Positions 17,819 to 26,852 of a stretch of 64,000 nucleotides of DNA are shown here, piece after piece. Below the pieces are notes generated by a model that did not search any database, was not told the DNA's origin, and saw only the letters and a list, made by a program, of their open reading frames with translations. The translations under genes and the position numbers were made by a program. Position 1 is the first letter of the stretch. Every line of letters starts with the position of its first letter. Source of the DNA: Polyangiales bacterium (GTDB lineage Bacteria; Myxococcota_A; Polyangia; Polyangiales; Ga0077539); the NCBI GenBank assembly GCA_044229975.1, contig JBGARZ010000005.1:384001-448000 (forward strand). The letters are read 5' to 3'.

Positions 17819-20800
17819 ATGGGACCCATCTACTCCGCCAGTGCCCGGGCACTGGGGCTCCTCGTGTTGGGCGCCGCGCTCGCGGTCGCCTGCTCCTCCA
17901 ACCAGAGCGTCATCGGGGGGACGGTCGACGCCGGCACCGACGTCGTGGTCGTCAACGACCTGGGCGTCCCGGACAACGGCGCCGTCGACGTCGGCACGCC
18001 CGACCGTCCAGACGTTTCGTCGGGCTGTCGCGCCAACGCCGACTGCGCCGCCAACAGCGCGGGCCTGCGGGTCTGCGACACCGCCTCGGGCCTCTGCGTG
18101 GCGTGCCTGCCCTCCAACGACACGTGCCCCGCCGACCAGCACTGCGTCGCGGGCATGAACGTCTGCGCCTCGGGCTGTCGCAACGACGACGGCTGCGCCG
18201 TCACCCCGACGGGCGACGGGGGTACCCCCGATGGCGGCGTGAGCGTCGAGCGCGGCCGCTGCAACGTCGCCACCAACTCCTGCGTGCAGTGCGTCATCAA
18301 CGACCACTGCCCCGCCGGCACCCGCTGCGCGGGCAACCAGTGCGTCCCCGGCTGCGACGCCGCGCGCGCCTGCCCGACGGGCCTCACCTGCTGCGACGGC
18401 GGCTGCGTCGACACGGCCCGCAACACCGCGAGCTGCGGCGCCTGCGGCACGACGTGCAGTGCCGCCAACGCCGAGCCCGGCTGCTTCGGCGGCGTGTGCG
18501 GCGTGGCCCGCTGCACCGCGCCCTTCGCCGACTGCGACGCCGTCGCGGCCAACGGCTGCGAGACCAACACCCTCAGCACCGTCAACCACTGCGGCGGCTG
18601 CGGCGTCGCGTGCCCGTCGCGCAGCAACGCCACCGTGAGCTGCACCGCGGGCACCTGCGCGTTCGCGTGCGACACGGGCTTCGCCGACTGCGACGGCGAC
18701 GCCAACAACGGCTGCGAGGTCGAGCTCGCCACGACGCCGTCGCACTGCGGGTCGTGCGCCAACGCCTGCACCGCCACGGCCGGGACGCCGGGCTGCGCCG
18801 CGGGCGCCTGCACCGTCGCGAGCTGCGACACGGGCTTCGGTGACTGCGACGGCAACGCCGCCAACGGCTGCGAGGTCAACCTCGGGTCGAGCATCGCCCA
18901 CTGCAACGCCTGCAACAACGCATGCCCCGCCCCCGCGGGCGGCGCGGCGGTGTGCGTCGCCGGGGTCTGCGGCCTCGGCACCTGCGCGACGGGCTTCGCC
19001 AACTGCGACGCGGCCGATGGCAACGGCTGCGAGGTCGACACGCGCACCACCCTCGCCCACTGCGGCGGCTGCGGGCAGTCGTGCGCGCCGGCCAACGCGA
19101 CGGGCACCTGCGCGGCGGGCGTGTGCGGCATCGGCGCCTGCACCACGGGCTTCGCCGACTGCGACGGCGTCGCGAGCAACGGCTGCGAGGTCAACCTCCA
19201 GACCGACCTGCGCCACTGCGGAACCTGCAACAACCTCTGCCCCACGCCCTCCAGCGGCAGCGCGGTGTGCTCCGCGGGCGCCTGCGGCATCGGCGCGTGC
19301 GACACGGGCTTCGGCGACTGCGACGGCAACACGGGCAACGGCTGCGAAACCGACACCCGCACCTCCACCGGCAACTGCGGTAATTGCAGCAACGCGTGCT
19401 CGGCCCGGCCCAACGCCGCGGCCTCGTGCGCGGCCAGCGTGTGCGGCCTCGGCACCTGCGCGACGGGCTTCGCCAACTGCGACGGCGACGCGAGCAACGG
19501 CTGCGAGGTCAACCTCCAGTCGACGCTCGCAAACTGCGGGGTGTGCGGCCGGGCGTGCAGCTTCGCCAACGGGGCGGCGGCGTGCACGGCGGGCGTCTGC
19601 GCGCTCGACGGCTGCAACGCGGGCTTCTCGGACTGCAACGCGATGGCCTCGGACGGCTGCGAGGTCAACACGGCCAGCACCGTGACGAGCTGCGGGACCT
19701 GCGGGCGCGTGTGCAGCTTCGCCAACGCGGCGGCGACGTGCGCGGCGGGCGCTTGCGTCTTCGGGGCCTGCACCGCGGGCTTCGGCGACTGCAACGCGTC
19801 GTCGGGTGACGGCTGCGAGACCGCGCTCAACACCGACTCGCGCAACTGCGGCGCGTGCGGGCGCGTCTGCGCGTCGGGGTCGGTCTGCGTCGCGGGCGCC
19901 TGCCAGTTCGGCGGCGGAACCGAAGACCGCACCATCACCACCGCGGTGGTGCTCGACCCGGTGCGCGCGGCGGCGCGGGGCTCCGTCGGGGCCTTCGTGC
20001 TCACGGTCTCCAGCGCGACGGGGGCCTTCGTCGTCGGGCAGACGGTGGTGATCCACCAGACGCAGGCGGCGGGCGCCACGGCCGGACGCTACGAGCTCAA
20101 CCGCATCACCGCGGTGGGCACTGGCACCATCAACCTCGCGACGGCGCTGTCCAACGAGTACACGCTCGCGGGCAACGACCGGGCGCAGGTGATGGTGGTG
20201 ACGGAGCTGCGCTCGCTCACCGTAGCGGTCGGCGGCTCGCTCGCGGCCGCGGCCTGGAACGGCACCCACGGCGGCATCCTCGCCCTCGACGTCGCCGGGG
20301 CGGTCAACGTCGCGGGGACGATCAGCATGGGCGGGCGGGGCTTCCGCTCGCAGGGCCACGCGTGCCTCTTCCACTGCGGTCGCGGCTTCCAGGGCGAAGG
20401 CTCGACGGGCGTCGGCGCGGCGAACATCACCCGCAACGGCTCCGGCGGCGGCGGCGGCGGCGCGGGCCAGGACGACGGCTCCGGCGGCGGCGGCGCGTAC
20501 GGCGGCGTCGGCGAGGATGGCGTCTACATCGCGGCCAACAACTGCGGGTCGTGCGCGGAGAGCTGCCCCATCCCCCACGGCCAGGGCGGCTCGGCGGTGG
20601 GCGGCACCAACCTCAGCGCGAGCGTGTTGTTCGGCGGCGCGGGCGGTGAAGGCGGCGCGGACGAGGACGGCGGCAGCCCCGGCGCAGGTGGCTTCGGCGG
20701 CGGCGCCATCCTCCTGCGCGCGGGCACCATCACCGTCACCGGATCGATCAACAGCAACGGCGGCGCGGGCACCCGCGGCAACAACGACTGCGGCGGCGGC

Positions 20801-21022
20801 GGCTGCGGCATGGGCGGCGGCGGTGGCGGCGCGGGCGGAGCGATCCGGCTCGTGGCGGCGACCAGCGTGACGCTCGGCACCGACCTGGTCGTGGCGCGCG
20901 GCGGAGCCTCCGCCAACGCCTCGTGTGACCGCGCCCGCAGCGGCGTCGGCGGCGTCGGGCGCGTGAGCGTCCTGGCGCCCGCCCTCGTCGGCACCACCTC
21001 CCCCACGCTCACCCGCGAGTAG
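17819..21022 (+). CDS. Large Cys-rich repeat surface lipoprotein with Gly-rich C-terminal domain
   Basis: Lipobox AVAC; nine 52-53 aa repeats (GF.DCDG..NGCE......HCG.C) spaced 156/159 bp from about 18520 to 19900; Gly-rich tail. Confidence 0.85.
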   Translation: MGPIYSASARALGLLVLGAALAVACSSNQSVIGGTVDAGTDVVVVNDLGVPDNGAVDVGTPDRPDVSSGCRANADCAANSAGLRVCDTASGLCVACLPSNDTCPADQHCVAGMNVCASGCRNDDGCAVTPTGDGGTPDGGVSVERGRCNVATNSCVQCVINDHCPAGTRCAGNQCVPGCDAARACPTGLTCCDGGCVDTARNTASCGACGTTCSAANAEPGCFGGVCGVARCTAPFADCDAVAANGCETNTLSTVNHCGGCGVACPSRSNATVSCTAGTCAFACDTGFADCDGDANNGCEVELATTPSHCGSCANACTATAGTPGCAAGACTVASCDTGFGDCDGNAANGCEVNLGSSIAHCNACNNACPAPAGGAAVCVAGVCGLGTCATGFANCDAADGNGCEVDTRTTLAHCGGCGQSCAPANATGTCAAGVCGIGACTTGFADCDGVASNGCEVNLQTDLRHCGTCNNLCPTPSSGSAVCSAGACGIGACDTGFGDCDGNTGNGCETDTRTSTGNCGNCSNACSARPNAAASCAASVCGLGTCATGFANCDGDASNGCEVNLQSTLANCGVCGRACSFANGAAACTAGVCALDGCNAGFSDCNAMASDGCEVNTASTVTSCGTCGRVCSFANAAATCAAGACVFGACTAGFGDCNASSGDGCETALNTDSRNCGACGRVCASGSVCVAGACQFGGGTEDRTITTAVVLDPVRAAARGSVGAFVLTVSSATGAFVVGQTVVIHQTQAAGATAGRYELNRITAVGTGTINLATALSNEYTLAGNDRAQVMVVTELRSLTVAVGGSLAAAAWNGTHGGILALDVAGAVNVAGTISMGGRGFRSQGHACLFHCGRGFQGEGSTGVGAANITRNGSGGGGGGAGQDDGSGGGGAYGGVGEDGVYIAANNCGSCAESCPIPHGQGGSAVGGTNLSASVLFGGAGGEGGADEDGGSPGAGGFGGGAILLRAGTITVTGSINSNGGAGTRGNNDCGGGGCGMGGGGGGAGGAIRLVAATSVTLGTDLVVARGGASANASCDRARSGVGGVGRVSVLAPALVGTTSPTLTRE

Positions 21023-21053
21023 CAGAGCCCCAAGCACTACCCCTCCCCCAACG

Positions 21054-21085
21054 CTCGCGAACGCCGGTCTTCCGGCGATCGCGAG
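21054..21085. terminator. GC-rich hairpin between convergent genes (possible bidirectional terminator)
   Basis: CTCGCGA-A-CGCCGG tctt CCGGCG-A-TCGCGAG; no U-tract. Confidence 0.4.
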
Positions 21086-21127
21086 AACGCCGCGCTCCGA
21101 CCGCCCCCCGAACGCGCGTAGCGCTCG

Positions 21128-21685
21128 TCAGAGCCTGAAGCCGACGTTGATGTCGACGGTCGGTGCGAAGCGCGCGAAGCCCGGAAACGCCGCTGCTCCG
21201 TCGAAGGTCGCCGTGTGGTACTGCGCGCCGAGGCCGAGCCCGATGAGCCAGCGCTCGCCGAGGAGCCACGTCCATCCGACGCTCACCCCAACCGCGAGCG
21301 CGGGGCCGAGGAGCGACTGCCCGCCGCGGGTCGCGCCCACCGCCGCGGCCTGAACGAAGGGCGACACCCAGAAGCCGCCGGGAGCTGTTCCGAAGGGGTG
21401 CACGAAGGCTCTGCCGCGGAGGACGACGCCGATGACGTCACCCGCGGGGGTGTGGTCGCCGCCCGCGAGACCGAGCACGTTGGAGTTCACCATCCACGGG
21501 CTGTAGAGACCGGCGCTCGCCTGCGCGGTGACGAAGCAGCCGAGCGTTCGTTGGTAGCCGACGTTGATGACGTGCAGCCCGAGGTCGGCGACGATCGCGT
21601 TGGGACGTTGAGTGCAGGGCTGCGCCGAGGCCGCGGCGCCAGCGAGCAGGACGGAGAGCGCGACGGAGGCGACCGGGAGCTTCAT
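21128..21685 (-). CDS. Small outer-membrane beta-barrel-like protein
   Basis: Signal peptide MKLPVASVALSVLLAGAAASA, amphipathic strands, C-terminal INVGFRL. Confidence 0.65.
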   Translation of the reverse strand: MKLPVASVALSVLLAGAAASAQPCTQRPNAIVADLGLHVINVGYQRTLGCFVTAQASAGLYSPWMVNSNVLGLAGGDHTPAGDVIGVVLRGRAFVHPFGTAPGGFWVSPFVQAAAVGATRGGQSLLGPALAVGVSVGWTWLLGERWLIGLGLGAQYHTATFDGAAAFPGFARFAPTVDINVGFRL

Positions 21686-21734
21686 GGTCGCGACGATACG
21701 GAGAGACCAGCGCGAACGCGACGGATGATTCCGC

Positions 21735-22601
21735 TCAGCCGAACGCGCCGACGACGACGCGCCCGATCTCCGCGTGCGCCTCTTCCCTCGCGCGAAGGCT
21801 CGCCGCTGGCGCCTCCACGTAGGCCGCCACCACGATCGGCGCCCGGCCGGGTGGCCACGCCACCGCGACGTCATTGCACGCGCCGCGCTCGCCGGTTCCG
21901 GTCTTGTCGCCGACGCGCCAGGTTGGTGGCATCCCCGCGCGCAGTCGGGCACGTCCCGTCGACGAGGCGACCATCCACTCCGCGATGCGAGCGCGCGACG
22001 CGGGCGAGAGAACCCGCGGGGAGAGCAGCAGCGTCGCCATGGTGCGCGCCATCGCCGACGGCGTGGTGGTGTCGCGCGGGTCACCCGCGAGGTTGGTGTT
22101 GAGCGTCGGCTCGTTGCGGTCGAGCCGCGTGGTGGCGTCACCCATCGCACGCAGAAACGCGGTGAGCTCGGCGGGGCCGCCGAGTCGCGCGAGCAGCAGG
22201 TTGGCGGCGGTGTTGTCGCTTCGCTCGACTGCCGCGGCACACAGCGCTTCGACGGACATCGCGCCGTCAGCGAGATGCGCTCGCGTGTCCGGCGCGTACT
22301 CCAACAGGTCGGCCGCGGTGAACGGCACCCGCGTCGCGAACATCAGCGTCCCCTCGTCGACGCGCCGCAATGCCATGCACGCGAGGACAGCCTTGAAGGT
22401 CGAGCACATCGCGAAGCGCTCGTCGCCGCGGTGAGCGATGCGACGCTCGGAGCCCGCGTCCCACGCCGCTACGCCGATGCGTCCACCAAGGCGAGTCTCG
22501 ATGGCCGCGAGGCGCGCCAAGGTGCCGTCTTTCGTCCGATGGCACGCACCGATCGTGGCGACCGCGGCCCCGACAAGCAGCCGCCGTCGGTCGATGGACA
22601 C
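21735..22601 (-). CDS. bla: Class A serine beta-lactamase with Tat signal
   Basis: RRRLL Tat motif; STFK, SDN, DRNEPTLN (E166/N170) and DKTGT. Confidence 0.93.
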   Translation of the reverse strand: MSIDRRRLLVGAAVATIGACHRTKDGTLARLAAIETRLGGRIGVAAWDAGSERRIAHRGDERFAMCSTFKAVLACMALRRVDEGTLMFATRVPFTAADLLEYAPDTRAHLADGAMSVEALCAAAVERSDNTAANLLLARLGGPAELTAFLRAMGDATTRLDRNEPTLNTNLAGDPRDTTTPSAMARTMATLLLSPRVLSPASRARIAEWMVASSTGRARLRAGMPPTWRVGDKTGTGERGACNDVAVAWPPGRAPIVVAAYVEAPAASLRAREEAHAEIGRVVVGAFG

Positions 22602-22608
22602 GACCTGC

Positions 22609-25434
22609 CTACCGCCCCGCCGCCCCGCCCGCGGGCTCGCCCGGATCGGACCCGTGCCCGTCGTCCAGCGCGAGCGCGTCGACCCGTCGCACCAGCAGCG
22701 CGTCGAGCCCCCGCGGCGCCAACGCGTCCGGTCGCCCCGAGACCCACCCGGTGAGCGCGTCGCGCACCAGCGGCGGCGCCGCGTCGTAGCGACGCACCAC
22801 CTCCTCTGGCGCCTCGACCACCCTCCCCATCGCCGCCAGCAGTTCGCCCGCTGCCGCCGCGTTGTCCGTCGGCGATCGGTCGTTCTGCAACGTCACCCGC
22901 GACCCGTCAGGACCGCGGTACTCCTGCACCGCGCGCACCTTGCTGCCGAAGCGCCCCTGCACCCGCACGCTCCGGTCGCCCTCGCGCACCGCCGTCACCG
23001 CGCGGCCCGACTCCCACGGCGCGACCCGCACCGCCGCCACCACCCGCCGCCCCGGCGCCTCCGCCGTGCCCGCGAGCCGCAGCCGATGCATGCCCGCCTC
23101 GCCGCGCAATAGCCCGAACGCGTACGCCCCTCTCACACCCAGCAGCCACGACTCCTCGTCGTCGCGCGGGTCTCGCCACCACGTCGCGGTGTACCCGCGG
23201 TGCTTCGCCCACTCGACGTACAGCGCCGCCAGCCGGTCGCGCATCTCCGGTCCGCTCGCGCCCACGACGCGGCACTCCACCAGCGCGTCGGCCCGACCGA
23301 GGTCGCCCATCACCACCAGCTCGCGCCGCGCGTCACGCAGCGCCTCCTCCAGCGCCCGCACCTCCTGCGCCGCGCCCTCCAGCGCCCGCCGCGAGGCCCC
23401 CTTCTCCAGCGCATCCCGCGCGCCCGCCACGCGCTCCTCCAGCGCCTCGACCCGATCGATGAGCTCCGACTCGCGCTCCAGGGCCTGCTCGTTGGCCGCC
23501 GCCCGCGCCGCGTCGCGCCAGAACCCCGGAGCCTCGCGCTCGCCCAGCAGGGCGTTCTGCCGATCGACGGCGGCCGTGAGGTGCACCGTCTCGCGCAGGC
23601 CATCGAAGCTCGCCTCGGCCTGTTGGAGCATCACCCGCAGCACCTCGCGGTCGATGACCCGCGGGTCCGTTCGCCGCGATGGAACCTCGCTCGCCCGGTA
23701 CGTCCGCGACGTCTCGGTCTCGACGACGCGCACCCGGATGGCGCCGTCGCGCGGCGTGATGCGGAGGATCGACCCCGGCGCCACGGCCTCTTCCATCAGG
23801 GTCATGGCGAGCGGCAACACCAGCCGCTTCTGGATCTCCCGCTTGAGCGCCCGCGCCCCATAGCGGGCGTCGACCCCCTGCCGGATGACGAGGTCGAGCG
23901 CGGCGTCGTCGACGTCGACGGTGAGCCCCGGCGCCACGATGCCTTCGCGTTGGAGCACCCGCGCGAGCTCGAAGCGCGCGACGGTGCGCAGCTCGACCAG
24001 CGAGAGCGCGTGGAAGATGGTGACGTGCTGAAAGCGGTTGAGAAACTCGGGGCGAAACGACGCTTCGAGCGCCGCACGGATCTTCCCTTCGCGGTCATCG
24101 CCCGCGCGCTCGCCGAAGCCGACGGCGCGCGAGGTCTCCTGGGCGCCGACGTTGGAGGTGGCGATGACGATGGTGTTGCGGAAGTCCACCGCGTCGCCGT
24201 CGGGCGTGCTCATGCGCCCTTCATCGAGCAGCGGCAGGATGAGGTCCCAGAGGTTGGGGTGGGCCTTCTCCAGCTCGTCGAGCAGCACCACCTGGAAGGG
24301 CTGCGCGCGCACCGGATCGAGCAGCCGCGCGGGCGCATCGCGACGCCGCGGAGAGCCGAGCAGCAGCTCGAACGCGTGGTAGTCCTTGAACTCCGACAGG
24401 TCGAAGCGGAGCAGGCGGTCGGCGCTGCCGAAGACGAAGGTGGCGAGCAGCCGCGCGAGCTCGGTCTTGCCGACGCCGGTGGGGCCGACGAAGAGGAAGG
24501 TCCCGATGGGACGCCCGGTGTCGTGGAGGCCCGACTTGTAGAGGGCGATGGCCTCGACCATGGCGTCGATGGCCGCGCGCTGGCCCACGAGGCGCTCCTG
24601 AAACCACGCGCGCACCGAGCCCGCGGTCATCGTCACGGCGCGCGACACGATGAACGACGGCAGACCCGTCCGCCGCGCAAACGCCGTCTCCACGGCGGCG
24701 GGCGTGAGCTCTTCGTCGGCGAGGTCGGGCTGCTCGATGATCCATTGCAGGAGCCCGAGCGCGGGGCCCGGCTGGAGCTGCGCCCGCAGGAAACGCGACG
24801 TGAGCTGCACCATGGCGCGACGCACGCTCTCGTCGACGGCGCGGCCCGCTCCCTCGGCGACACGCTGGAGCACGGCGTCGACCTGCGCGGCGTCGAGCGG
24901 CGCCACGTCGAAGCGCTGGAGGAGGCGCGTGAAGCCGGGGATGCGGTCCATGGTGCGGAGGCGCTCGACGTTGAGCTCGACGACGACGTTGAGCTCGCCC
25001 GCTTCGAGCATGGGGCGCAGCGCGTCGAGCACGTTGTCCGTGGAGGTGTCCGAGGCGCCCGCGGTGTTGAGGTTCCAGGCGTCGGTGAAGAAGAGGATCT
25101 CGTTGCGCTCACGCGACTGCTTCACCCACGCGCGCAGCTTGGACTGCCAGTCGCCGAGGTAGTGGGTGCCGCTGAGGAGGTCCATGGTGGACACCCGCAC
25201 GAGGCCGCCTTCGCCGCGTTCGAGGCGGGCGCTGTGCACGCCCTGGAGCACGGCGGTCTTGCCCACGCCCGTCGGCCCGACCAGCATCACCGAGCGCCCC
25301 GCGGTGAGCTGCTCGTCGACGCGCGCGATCAGGTCGTCGCGGTACGGCACCCCGAGGCTCTGCCCCCCGAGCGCGAAGGGAGCGAGGGTGCGCCGCTCCT
25401 GGAGATACAGCCCGTAGTAATCCTTCTCGGCCAC
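22609..25434 (-). CDS. ClpA/B-like double AAA+ ATPase fused to an inactive RF2-like module
   Basis: Two GPTGVGKT motifs, FDLSEF, LLDELEKAHP, FRPEFLNR and YGARAL. C-terminus APGFWRD...GAYAFGLLRGEAGMHRL...QNDRS...VRRY...VRDALTG. GTG start supported by an extended -10 box. Confidence 0.85.
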   Translation of the reverse strand: MAEKDYYGLYLQERRTLAPFALGGQSLGVPYRDDLIARVDEQLTAGRSVMLVGPTGVGKTAVLQGVHSARLERGEGGLVRVSTMDLLSGTHYLGDWQSKLRAWVKQSRERNEILFFTDAWNLNTAGASDTSTDNVLDALRPMLEAGELNVVVELNVERLRTMDRIPGFTRLLQRFDVAPLDAAQVDAVLQRVAEGAGRAVDESVRRAMVQLTSRFLRAQLQPGPALGLLQWIIEQPDLADEELTPAAVETAFARRTGLPSFIVSRAVTMTAGSVRAWFQERLVGQRAAIDAMVEAIALYKSGLHDTGRPIGTFLFVGPTGVGKTELARLLATFVFGSADRLLRFDLSEFKDYHAFELLLGSPRRRDAPARLLDPVRAQPFQVVLLDELEKAHPNLWDLILPLLDEGRMSTPDGDAVDFRNTIVIATSNVGAQETSRAVGFGERAGDDREGKIRAALEASFRPEFLNRFQHVTIFHALSLVELRTVARFELARVLQREGIVAPGLTVDVDDAALDLVIRQGVDARYGARALKREIQKRLVLPLAMTLMEEAVAPGSILRITPRDGAIRVRVVETETSRTYRASEVPSRRTDPRVIDREVLRVMLQQAEASFDGLRETVHLTAAVDRQNALLGEREAPGFWRDAARAAANEQALERESELIDRVEALEERVAGARDALEKGASRRALEGAAQEVRALEEALRDARRELVVMGDLGRADALVECRVVGASGPEMRDRLAALYVEWAKHRGYTATWWRDPRDDEESWLLGVRGAYAFGLLRGEAGMHRLRLAGTAEAPGRRVVAAVRVAPWESGRAVTAVREGDRSVRVQGRFGSKVRAVQEYRGPDGSRVTLQNDRSPTDNAAAAGELLAAMGRVVEAPEEVVRRYDAAPPLVRDALTGWVSGRPDALAPRGLDALLVRRVDALALDDGHGSDPGEPAGGAAGR

Positions 25435-25440
25435 GACGCG

Positions 25441-25449
25441 ACCATACCA
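25441..25449 (-). promoter_or_regulatory. Putative extended -10 (TGGTATGGT), leaderless promoter of the Clp-RF gene
   Basis: TGn-TATGGT lies 6 nt upstream of GTG 25434. Confidence 0.55.
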
Positions 25450-25497
25450 CCCGTCGTTGACCGCACCGCCCGTCAGGCGTGTTCTACTCCGCGACCG

Positions 25498-26706
25498 ATG
25501 GCGCGCCGGCTCGACTTCTGGTTCGACTACACCTGCCCCTACGCCTACCTCGCGAGCACCCAGGTGGAGGCCCTCGCGCGGCGCACGGGTGACGTCCTCC
25601 GCTGGCGCCCGATGCTGCTGGGCGGGGTGTTCAAGGCCAACAGCACGCCGCAGAAGCTCTTCGCGACGCTTTCGCCGCAGAAGGCCGCCCACAACGCCCA
25701 GGACCTCCAGCGCTGGGCTCGTCTGTACGACGTCCCGTTGACGATGCCCGCGGGTCACCCGCTGCGGTCGGTGGAGGCGCTGCGCGCGACGCTGGCCACC
25801 GGGTGCGACCCCCGGGTCATCCACGGTTTCTACCGGGCGTACTGGGTCGAGGGCCGGGAGATCTCACGGCCCGAGACCATGCGCGACGTGCTCGCGGCCG
25901 CGGGCCACGACGCTGACGCGGTGCTGCCGACGCTCGCGGGCGATGCGCTGCGCGACGCGCTGCGAACGGAGACCGAGCGGGCCATCGCGCTGGGCATCTT
26001 CGGCGCCCCGGCGTACGTGCTCGACGACGCGGTGATGTACTGGGGCGGCGACCGCGCGCACTTCGTCGAGGGGCTCCGACCGACTGATCTCATCCCGACT
26101 CCATCAAAGGACAAGCTCATGGCACACACGCTGGAAATCTATTGGGACTTCTCATCGCCCTTCGCGTACCTCGGCGCGACGCAGGCGAAGGCCCTGGCCG
26201 AGCGCACCGGGGCGACGCTCATCTGGCGCCCGATGCTGCTGGGCGGGCTCTTCAAGGCCATCGGGCAGGAGATGGTCCCGATGAACACCTGGAGCGACGC
26301 CAAGCGCCGCTACTACTTCGATGACATGAATCGGTGGGCGGAGTTCTGGGGTGTGCCCTTCAACTTTCCTGCGACCTTCCCGGTCAATAGCATCAAGGCG
26401 CTTCGCACCTACCTCGCGCTCCCGGCCGAGCGGCAGGACGCCTTCCGCGACGGCGTGTTTCGCGCGTACTGGGCAGAAGGGCGTGACATCAACGACGACA
26501 AGGTGCTGGCGGAGTTCATCGGCGACGACGCGGCGGCGGTGATGGCGCGCACGCAGGACCCGGCCGTGAAGCAGGCGCTGGTCGACGCCACCAAGAGGGC
26601 CGAGGCGGAGGGCGTGTTCGGCGCGCCGACCTGGGTCGTCGACGGCACGGATCTCTACTGGGGACAGGACCGTCTGCCGCTGGTCGAGCGCGCGCTCGCG
26701 AAGTGA
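25498..26706 (+). CDS. Tandem two-domain DsbA/HCCA isomerase (GST-kappa-like) protein
   Basis: Two repeats: FWFDYTCPYAY...GIFGAP...YWGGDR and YWDFSSPFAY...GVFGAP...YWGQDR. Confidence 0.88.
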   Translation: MARRLDFWFDYTCPYAYLASTQVEALARRTGDVLRWRPMLLGGVFKANSTPQKLFATLSPQKAAHNAQDLQRWARLYDVPLTMPAGHPLRSVEALRATLATGCDPRVIHGFYRAYWVEGREISRPETMRDVLAAAGHDADAVLPTLAGDALRDALRTETERAIALGIFGAPAYVLDDAVMYWGGDRAHFVEGLRPTDLIPTPSKDKLMAHTLEIYWDFSSPFAYLGATQAKALAERTGATLIWRPMLLGGLFKAIGQEMVPMNTWSDAKRRYYFDDMNRWAEFWGVPFNFPATFPVNSIKALRTYLALPAERQDAFRDGVFRAYWAEGRDINDDKVLAEFIGDDAAAVMARTQDPAVKQALVDATKRAEAEGVFGAPTWVVDGTDLYWGQDRLPLVERALAK

Positions 26707-26852
26707 TTCGAAGCGACGGTCGGCCGGGGCTCCCGGTGGGCGACCGCGCACGTTGCTTCCCTCCGAGCGCGCGTCGGGAGTAGCGTCGCCGTCGTCGGGT
26801 CCTTTGTCGGGGGACCAACACCCTCCCTTTCTCCACGCCGCATGAGACGCCG

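Noticed and set aside
22609..23640. Functional prfB/RF2 gene
   Set aside because: No GGQ, no SPF, no CTT-TGA frameshift site noticed, and it is fused in frame to the ATPase.
23200..25497. 1168-aa ORF and other long antisense ORFs (e.g. 17816-21037, 47272-50499)
   Set aside because: Stop-poor shadow frames typical of high-GC DNA, lying opposite well-supported genes.
26707..26852. Cobalamin riboswitch upstream of the TonB receptor
   Set aside because: No B12-box or conserved core recognised; only generic GC hairpins.
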